From assembly GCA_965277285.1 (NCBI GenBank), contig OZ255721.1:1920001-1984000 (forward strand): a stretch of DNA of 64,000 nt. The letters are read 5' to 3'. The position numbers and the translations under genes are program-made. Shown piece by piece: positions 57,917-64,000 of this stretch. Every line of letters starts with the position of its first letter. Within the stretch, counting starts at the first letter, position 1. The DNA comes from Abditibacteriaceae bacterium. Lineage in GTDB: Bacteria; Armatimonadota; Abditibacteriia; Abditibacteriales; Abditibacteriaceae. The notes under the pieces were generated by a model, which made no database searches, was not told the origin of the DNA, and saw only the letters and a list, made by a program, of their open reading frames with translations.

Positions 57917-59740
57917 ATGGAATACAGTTCCTCAGGCTGTCTTTCAGGTGGTTTTATGGCTTCTTCGCAACCTTTCGATTCTTTTTTTCAGCAGAGATCA
58001 GGCTCGATGTCTTGTATTTCGAGCAGCGCTTTCCATGGCGCGTCAGATGGCGCGCCAGATGGCACAACACCAAGAGGCACAGCTTCTCTGCCCTTAGATG
58101 CTCTACAATCAGAAGCGTTTTTGCCGTCTTCATCGCTGCCGTCTTCGATGTTGTCGGATGCATTGTTGTCGGATGCATTGTTGTCGGATGCATTGTTGTC
58201 GGATGCATTGTTGTCGGATGCATTGTTGTCGGATGCATCGTTGTCGAAGCCCTCATTGCAATGGGGTGAATCAAACTTGCAGCTTTCGTCATCGTTGTCT
58301 GTGCGCATTTTGCTGACGAGCGCGCCTTCGCCACAACTTGGCGCCAAGATGCTTATTGCAAAGGCAAAAGAAGTCGTGCGTTGTCACGAGATGACAGCGC
58401 AAAATGTGGCGCAGGAAACGACCCAACCGATCAACGATTCGAGTACTCGAAAAGACGTTGGCGCGCCTCACAGCCAATGGCACGATGCTACGCACCATGC
58501 TCGGCACAACGTTTCGCACGATGGTTTCTATTATGGGTTTGAAGACGGCTCGGCAAGCGCCAGCGCTTTGCCTCCACCGTTTCCGACGCTTGTCGATGCG
58601 ACGTGCGACGCACCAGACGCACCAGACGCACAAAACAGCGAGCATGATGAAGGTATGCGCCTGCAAAACTTGCTGGAGTGCGCTGGTCATCAGGTCGTGA
58701 TGTGGCCTGAAGGGACTTCATCGCTGATGAACGCCCAAGACTTGATGGCTTTCGAGATCGTGATTGTGCAGGCTCGACGCAACGCGATGGAAGAATCTTT
58801 GGCGCTTTGTCGTTTTTTGCGCGATGCGACCATCGAAGCGGGTGCTTGCTTATTGGTCATGGCGTGCGATGAGCGCGGCAGTGCGGACGCGTCACATCAC
58901 GCGGCGCAAATGACAGCCGCCGGAGCGGACGGCATTCTCGATGGCGCGGCGCCGCCCTATGAAATCGCGGCGATGCTGCACGCGCTGACGCAAATGGCGC
59001 GTTTGCGCCGCGAATTGCAAGTCACGCGCGAACAATTGCGCTTGCAATTGCAAAACGACGACGTGACGAATTTGCTCAATCGCCGCTTTTTCTTTCAAGC
59101 GGCCTACCGCGAATATGAACGCGCGCGCCGCACCAAGGCTCACCTGTCGTGCGTGATGATCGGCGTCAACCACTTCCGTCAAATGAGCGAGAATTTCGGT
59201 TTCGGTTGCTGCGATGCCGCGTTGCGCGAAATCGCCTGCATACTGCGCGACTTCGCGCGCGACGGCGACATCGTGGCGCGTTTTGGTGAAGCGAAATTCG
59301 TTCTTTTGCTGCCCGATACGCCTCATCATCAAGCGTTGCGTTTGAGCGAAGCCATTCAACGCCGAATCGCCACTTACGCGTTTCCCTGGCAAGGACAAGC
59401 GCTCCATTTATCCGTCAGCATCGGCGAAGGCACGCGCCACTTGGCGTCTGCTGAAGAAACAGAATTTGATGCGACGGAGTTCGGCGCGAACAACCTGATA
59501 ATCGCGCCACAAAATGCGGAGGAAAGGAAAATTTCAAAAAGCGAAACGCGCGCTTTCGACGCAGCTATGAAACCTCAGGAAGCACACGCGCCACGCGAAC
59601 CGCTTTCGACGCGCGAGGAAGTCGCGGCGCTGCTCGAAGAAGCCGACGCTGCGCTTTTCGTCGCTAAACGCGGCGTACGCAATTCTTCGCTGGCCGTCAG
59701 CACCGCGTTGAGCTTAACGCTCGAATCGTTCAACTCGTAG
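57917..59740 (+). CDS. Response-regulator-like / GGDEF domain protein with degenerate active site
   Basis: DDVTNLLNRRFF, IGVNHFRQMSENFGFGCCD, RFGEAKF in place of RxGGEEF, ADAALFVAK; start uncertain. Confidence 0.8.
   Translation: MEYSSSGCLSGGFMASSQPFDSFFQQRSGSMSCISSSAFHGASDGAPDGTTPRGTASLPLDALQSEAFLPSSSLPSSMLSDALLSDALLSDALLSDALLSDALLSDASLSKPSLQWGESNLQLSSSLSVRILLTSAPSPQLGAKMLIAKAKEVVRCHEMTAQNVAQETTQPINDSSTRKDVGAPHSQWHDATHHARHNVSHDGFYYGFEDGSASASALPPPFPTLVDATCDAPDAPDAQNSEHDEGMRLQNLLECAGHQVVMWPEGTSSLMNAQDLMAFEIVIVQARRNAMEESLALCRFLRDATIEAGACLLVMACDERGSADASHHAAQMTAAGADGILDGAAPPYEIAAMLHALTQMARLRRELQVTREQLRLQLQNDDVTNLLNRRFFFQAAYREYERARRTKAHLSCVMIGVNHFRQMSENFGFGCCDAALREIACILRDFARDGDIVARFGEAKFVLLLPDTPHHQALRLSEAIQRRIATYAFPWQGQALHLSVSIGEGTRHLASAEETEFDATEFGANNLIIAPQNAEERKISKSETRAFDAAMKPQEAHAPREPLSTREEVAALLEEADAALFVAKRGVRNSSLAVSTALSLTLESFNS
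58151..58246 (+). repeat. 15-bp tandem repeat x6 (TTGTCGGATGCATTG) encoding LSDAL
   Basis: Units at 58151, 58166, 58181, 58196, 58211, 58226. Confidence 0.95.
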
Positions 59741-59991
59741 GGAATTTGTATGGGAATTTGTAAGGAACTCGCAACACCAGCGACAAAACTTTGCCTGAGC
59801 GTTCTACACTGCAATGTCGCACCTTTATCGAGTACTCGATAGCAAGCCGAAGCACCACAGAAATCGCCAAAAACGTGATAAACTGCGTTCACTAATCTCT
59901 TGGTGTGTCGCACTATGCGCGCCACAAAGTCGTGAACGCAAGACCATCAAAGCGACTTCGCACCAACGAGAGTGTAGACGACGTTTTTCTT

Positions 59992-61626
59992 ATGCGCCTT
60001 TCCTCCAACCACGAATTTTCCGCCGAATCCTTCGCCTTAGCGACACCCAGCAACAGTGAAACTGCGGTGCCGCTGGCAGAGCCTGTCGTGCTGGAACCTG
60101 CAGTTAATGAACCGGCAGTTATTGATATTGAACCACAAACCTTAATTTTGGGCGGCATTGAAGAAGACGAGCATTTCGATGTGGCGGCGATTGTGGAGCA
60201 GGCGGAAGAAATTTTGCGCGAAGGCCGTCCGCACGACTTCGATGTGCTGGTCATTGGCGGTGGGCCGGGCGGTTATGTCGCAGCGATTCGCGCGGCGCAA
60301 CTGGGCGCGCACGTCGGCCTGGTCGAGGAACGCGAATTGGGCGGCGTTTGCCTCAATCGCGGATGCATTCCGGCCAAAACGTTGCTGGAGACAGTTGATG
60401 TGATGCGGCTTTTGAAGCGCGCTGGCGATTACGGCATTACAACGGGCGATGTGCGCCTGGATTTTGCGCGCATGAACGCGCACAAGCGCGAAGTGATCGC
60501 CGATTTGCGCTCTCATGTGGCGCACTTGCTGGAAGAAAATGGTATCGAAGTTTTGGCGGGTCGCGCACGCTTTGTCGATGAACACACCATTGAAGTTTCG
60601 AGTACTCAATCGAGTGCGGGAAACAGCGAGGCGCGACAGGTTAGCGCGGTTCACATTATTTTGGCGGTGGGTTCGTTGCCGTCGCGCTTGCCGGTTGAAG
60701 GCAACGATTTGCCCGGCGTCGTGACTTCGGATGAATTGTTGTCCGGCGAAGTCGTGCCGCGCGATATTGTGGTGGTTGGTGCGGGCGCGGTCGGCGTCGA
60801 GTTCGCTTATTTGTTCGCGCAAATGGGCGCGCCAACGTCGCTGCTGGAACTTTCGCCGCGTATTTTGCCCAGCGAAGACGAAGATATCGCGCGCGAAATG
60901 ACGCGCGTCTTGTCCGACTTGAAAGTGCGCGTTGCGACGAATGTGAAACTGCAGCGGATCGAGCAAAGCGAAAACGGCTTGCAAGTCGTGTATTCGCAGG
61001 AAGGCGAAGAGCGGCGTTCGAGTACTCGATTGGTTTTAATGGCGGCGGGACGAAGCGCCAACACCGAAGGTTTGGGTTTGGACGACATCGGTTTGAAGCA
61101 CGACAACGGAAAAATTGAAGTGGACGAGCAATGCCAGACAAATATCAGCGGCGTTTATGCGATTGGCGATTGCATACGCGAAGCGGGTTGGGCGCATCTG
61201 GCGAGCGGCGAAGGCAAAATGGTCGCCGAAATCGTGACGAAAAATCCGGTGACCGTCGATCTGCGCCATATTCCGAGTTGCTATTACACGCATCCCGAAA
61301 TCGCCAGCGTCGGGCGCACGAGCGAACAAGCGGAAAAAGACGGTTTCGCGGTGAGGACGGGCGTTTTTCCATTTCGCCAAAATGGACGTGCGGCGAGCGC
61401 GGGAGAACACGAAGGCTTTGTCAAAATTGTGGTGGACGACGCGACGGACAAAATCTTGGGCTGCCAGATTATCGGGCCGCACGCCACAGATTTAATTTCC
61501 GAAGCGGTGATGGCGTTGAAAAATAATGCGACAATTGACGAAATGGTGAGCGCGGTTCACGCTCATCCAACATTTAGCGAAGCGATTCCCGAAGCCGCGC
61601 TGAATGCCAGAAAAAGCAGCAGCTAA
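59992..61626 (+). CDS. lpdA: Dihydrolipoyl dehydrogenase with acidic N-terminal extension
   Basis: GGGPGGY, GGVCLNRGCIP, GAGAVGVE, HAHPTFSE; start uncertain. Confidence 0.9.
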   Translation: MRLSSNHEFSAESFALATPSNSETAVPLAEPVVLEPAVNEPAVIDIEPQTLILGGIEEDEHFDVAAIVEQAEEILREGRPHDFDVLVIGGGPGGYVAAIRAAQLGAHVGLVEERELGGVCLNRGCIPAKTLLETVDVMRLLKRAGDYGITTGDVRLDFARMNAHKREVIADLRSHVAHLLEENGIEVLAGRARFVDEHTIEVSSTQSSAGNSEARQVSAVHIILAVGSLPSRLPVEGNDLPGVVTSDELLSGEVVPRDIVVVGAGAVGVEFAYLFAQMGAPTSLLELSPRILPSEDEDIAREMTRVLSDLKVRVATNVKLQRIEQSENGLQVVYSQEGEERRSSTRLVLMAAGRSANTEGLGLDDIGLKHDNGKIEVDEQCQTNISGVYAIGDCIREAGWAHLASGEGKMVAEIVTKNPVTVDLRHIPSCYYTHPEIASVGRTSEQAEKDGFAVRTGVFPFRQNGRAASAGEHEGFVKIVVDDATDKILGCQIIGPHATDLISEAVMALKNNATIDEMVSAVHAHPTFSEAIPEAALNARKSSS

Positions 61627-61668
61627 TGGAATCGAGTACTCGATAAAGGTTGTGCAAGAAAAACTGTT

Positions 61669-61941
61669 ATGAAAGTTCGGATTCAAATTGAAGACGTTGA
61701 CCAGACGGTGCAGATCGCAAGCGCGGCGGCGCTGCTGTCGCTGTTCAAGCGTGAAGCAGCAAAGCGCGCCCCGTTTTTATTGCGCCCGATTATCAACGGC
61801 ATGAGCGACCTGACCTTCGCGGCGGAAGCGGTCAAGCGCGATAACGCGCGCGGCGGACGCAACGACACAGTGCCCCACAATGCGCAGCAGTTTCTCGATT
61901 GGGCGGTAATGCGCGGCTATGCCACGATTATAGAACCGTAA
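61669..61941 (+). CDS. Small hypothetical protein
   Basis: 90-aa ORF with host-like codon usage, co-oriented with lpdA. Confidence 0.6.
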   Translation: MKVRIQIEDVDQTVQIASAAALLSLFKREAAKRAPFLLRPIINGMSDLTFAAEAVKRDNARGGRNDTVPHNAQQFLDWAVMRGYATIIEP

Positions 61942-62103
61942 AAAGTAAGCTAAGCAAAGGCGGTATGAGAAGAAGATAGAGAACAACCGGTTTCTTGTGT
62001 TACACTGCGCAAAATCGTCGCGTTTTGTGAGTGAACACAGAAAGTGGCGCGACAAGAAATTTTGCAATTAATTGGCGTTCATTCTTCTCACGGACGATAA
62101 AAC

Positions 62104-63423
62104 ATGGCAAACGCAGAGCAGGAATCCAGCAAACATCGCAGCAGTGAACCGCAGCACGCACGAAGCAATCGCCGTTTTCGACTTGCCGAAATTTTTGCGG
62201 AGGTTAATCCTTCAAAATACGCTGCAACCAGCGCGGCAGAAAATACGGAGTCTGGCGAAGATGAAAGCGATGGCAACTTTGATAGCGTAGACGGTTCAAA
62301 GCAGGCGCAACGTCGTTTGGACGAGCGTGCCAGCGCGCTGGGCGTCAAGTTGCCGCCGGTCGCGGGTCAGGATGTGATTGCAACGGCAAACCGTGTTTAC
62401 GATACGACACCGCGAGCGAGCGTATTGCGTGTGGAAGAAAAGAAAGCCTCCGAGCCAAAGAACAACACGGATGAGGTCGCTCATGAAAGCTCTTCGCCCA
62501 CCGGTTTTGGTTCGTTGTTGTCACGCTCGCGGGCGCGACGCGATGCCGCACACGATCCCGCAGTGCGCGAACGTTCAGTGCGCAACGTCATGACGCGCAC
62601 GGTGGCGACGCACGATGAAGTTTTGGAAGGCGAAGACGAAATAGCAGGAAAAAGCGCCGGTAAATTTTCGCCCAGTCGTTTTTTGTCTGGCAATTTTTCG
62701 CCAAACACTTTGGCACCAAACGAGACCTTAACGTGGAACGAAGACACCATGGCATCCACACCAGAAGCTTTTAATCCCAACCCGCGCGATAATCGTGGCA
62801 CGGCGCAGCATAGCGTGGCGCTTCGTGATGCGGCGCTTCGGGGACAAAATACCGATATGCGAGCGACTCCTATGAACATCCATCCGGACAACGAAACGGC
62901 TCTTTACTCGGAAATCGAGCAGTTGCGCGGCGGCATGGAAGAAATGTATCGTGTGATGACCGAAATGCAGGAGCGCGGCGACGCGCAGGACAAGGTCTTC
63001 AACACGCTTCATGCCGAATTGCAGGACTACAAAAACGACTTCATCTACGAGCACATGAAGCCGGTCGTGCGTCCCCTGCTCTTCTTGTTCGATCATATGG
63101 AGCAGTTTGAAAACGAACTGTCCAGCCAGCGAAACCCGACGCCGACCGCGAACGGTGAACGCCGGTTGTTGTCGCCTGAGTTGATGTGCGAAAATATTTC
63201 GTTTTTCCGTGAGCAATTGGTCGAAGCGTTGCGCATCTGCGAAGTCACGCCGATGAAGCGCCCCGAAGGCGAAGTGGACAGCCGCTTGCACAAAGTTGTC
63301 GATACCATGCCGACCGACGCCGCCGGGCACAACATCATCCAACGCGTGGTGCGCTCGGGTTGGTATCTGAATGGTCGCGTGTTTCGTCCCGCCGAAGTCA
63401 TTATCGGTTTAACGCGACAATAA
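62104..63423 (+). CDS. grpE: GrpE-domain protein with long disordered N-terminus
   Basis: Coiled coil then LHKVV...VVRSGWYLNGRVFRPAEVII. Confidence 0.8.
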   Translation: MANAEQESSKHRSSEPQHARSNRRFRLAEIFAEVNPSKYAATSAAENTESGEDESDGNFDSVDGSKQAQRRLDERASALGVKLPPVAGQDVIATANRVYDTTPRASVLRVEEKKASEPKNNTDEVAHESSSPTGFGSLLSRSRARRDAAHDPAVRERSVRNVMTRTVATHDEVLEGEDEIAGKSAGKFSPSRFLSGNFSPNTLAPNETLTWNEDTMASTPEAFNPNPRDNRGTAQHSVALRDAALRGQNTDMRATPMNIHPDNETALYSEIEQLRGGMEEMYRVMTEMQERGDAQDKVFNTLHAELQDYKNDFIYEHMKPVVRPLLFLFDHMEQFENELSSQRNPTPTANGERRLLSPELMCENISFFREQLVEALRICEVTPMKRPEGEVDSRLHKVVDTMPTDAAGHNIIQRVVRSGWYLNGRVFRPAEVIIGLTRQ

Positions 63424-63820
63424 AAAATGCAGGCCGCACAATTCGAGTACTCGAATTGTGGCTGGCTTTCTGAATCGAAGCGATCTCGTGCAATGTAATC
63501 AAAGGCTAAAAACGTTTGTTTGTCGTTGGGAGAGTGTGTAGAAAGAGCATGATTCATGGCATCTGTTATATGGGCGGGCTTGAGAAATTCTTCCATCCGT
63601 TCAAAGTGACAGACTGCGGGTTGGGCGACTTTTCTTACTTTCTCTACAAATTTTCATTGTGACAAATTGGTCTTTGAAACAATGATTTTTTATGAAACGA
63701 CCTGACTTAAAGTATCTGAATTCCGTTTGTAAGTTCATATGACACAATTCATTATAAAAGCGGCATACGCTCAAGCGCTACACGCTTTGACATTTTCTTT
63801 GCCAACTTGGGAGGTGTGCT

Positions 63821-64000
63821 TTGGGTCGCGCAGTAGGCATTGATTTGGGCACAACCTATACAGCAGTCGCGTGCGTGGATGAATATGGCAAGCCGGTCGT
63901 CTTGAAAAATAGCGACGGGCAAACCACCACGCCGTCCGTCGTTTTTTTCGATCCGCCGAATTACGTGGTTGGCGAAGTGGCGCTGCAAAGCACGCTCACC
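63821..64000 (+). CDS. Hsp70/DnaK-family protein, 5' part (not in ORF track)
   Basis: GGGAGG RBS, TTG, MGRAVGIDLGTTYTAVA...NSDGQTTTPSVV. Confidence 0.92.
   Translation, partial: MGRAVGIDLGTTYTAVACVDEYGKPVVLKNSDGQTTTPSVVFFDPPNYVVGEVALQSTLT

Larger units (their letters stand above)
219..63454. repeat. Dispersed 12-bp palindrome TCGAGTACTCGA (about 42 perfect copies)
   Basis: Starts: 219, 693, 1618, 2903, 3619, 4783, 6414, 7314, 7850, 8429, 9723, 10576, 11607, 14834, 16309, 16468, 18198, 19572, 20693, 22542, 26719, 29222, 29554, 30752, 31690, 32215, 33743, 33956, 41860, 44197, 45121, 45535, 51306, 51939, 53522, 53972, 55026, 58439, 59828, 61018, 61632, 63443. Confidence 0.97.

Noticed and set aside
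59992..60230. Lipoyl domain at the LpdA N-terminus
   Set aside because: Extension is acidic/Pro-rich and lacks the DKA-type lipoyl-lysine motif.
219..63454. Palindrome as a linker/adapter or assembly artefact
   Set aside because: Copies preserve reading frames in all three phases, sit at the same codons in two paralogs and grade into near-matches; not formally excluded without reads.
1..64000. tRNA, rRNA, transposase or integrase genes
   Set aside because: No recognisable signatures found.

Overview
64 kb of a moderately GC-rich bacterial chromosome; gene style suggests Armatimonadota/Abditibacteriota (impression only). It holds envelope/housekeeping genes (1-13.4 kb), WD40 paralogs bracketing a secreted glycosidase cluster (GH78, GH130-like, GH92, GH2; 13.6-33.7 kb), a small imported island with four attC-like sites and no integrase (34-38.7 kb), a GH3, a CHAP protein, a complete type I-B (I-PGING-like) CRISPR-Cas locus with a 34-repeat array (45.4-57.8 kb), then a degenerate GGDEF protein, lpdA, an extended grpE and the start of an Hsp70. 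Two things stand out. (1) Inserted antisense between cas6 and cas5 is a module: promoter -> one-spacer degenerate mini-CRISPR -> DUF3800 gene -> structured RNA. Its guide matches, behind a CCA PAM-like triplet, the divergent promoter region that appears to drive both this module and cas5-cas8-cas7-cas3; I read this as a candidate Cascade-repressed protein/RNA toxin or cas autoregulation circuit. (2) The 12-bp palindrome TCGAGTACTCGA occurs about 42 times perfectly plus about 20 near-matches (manual count), in and between genes, like a HIP1-type highly iterated palindrome. All family calls are from motif recognition, not database searches.
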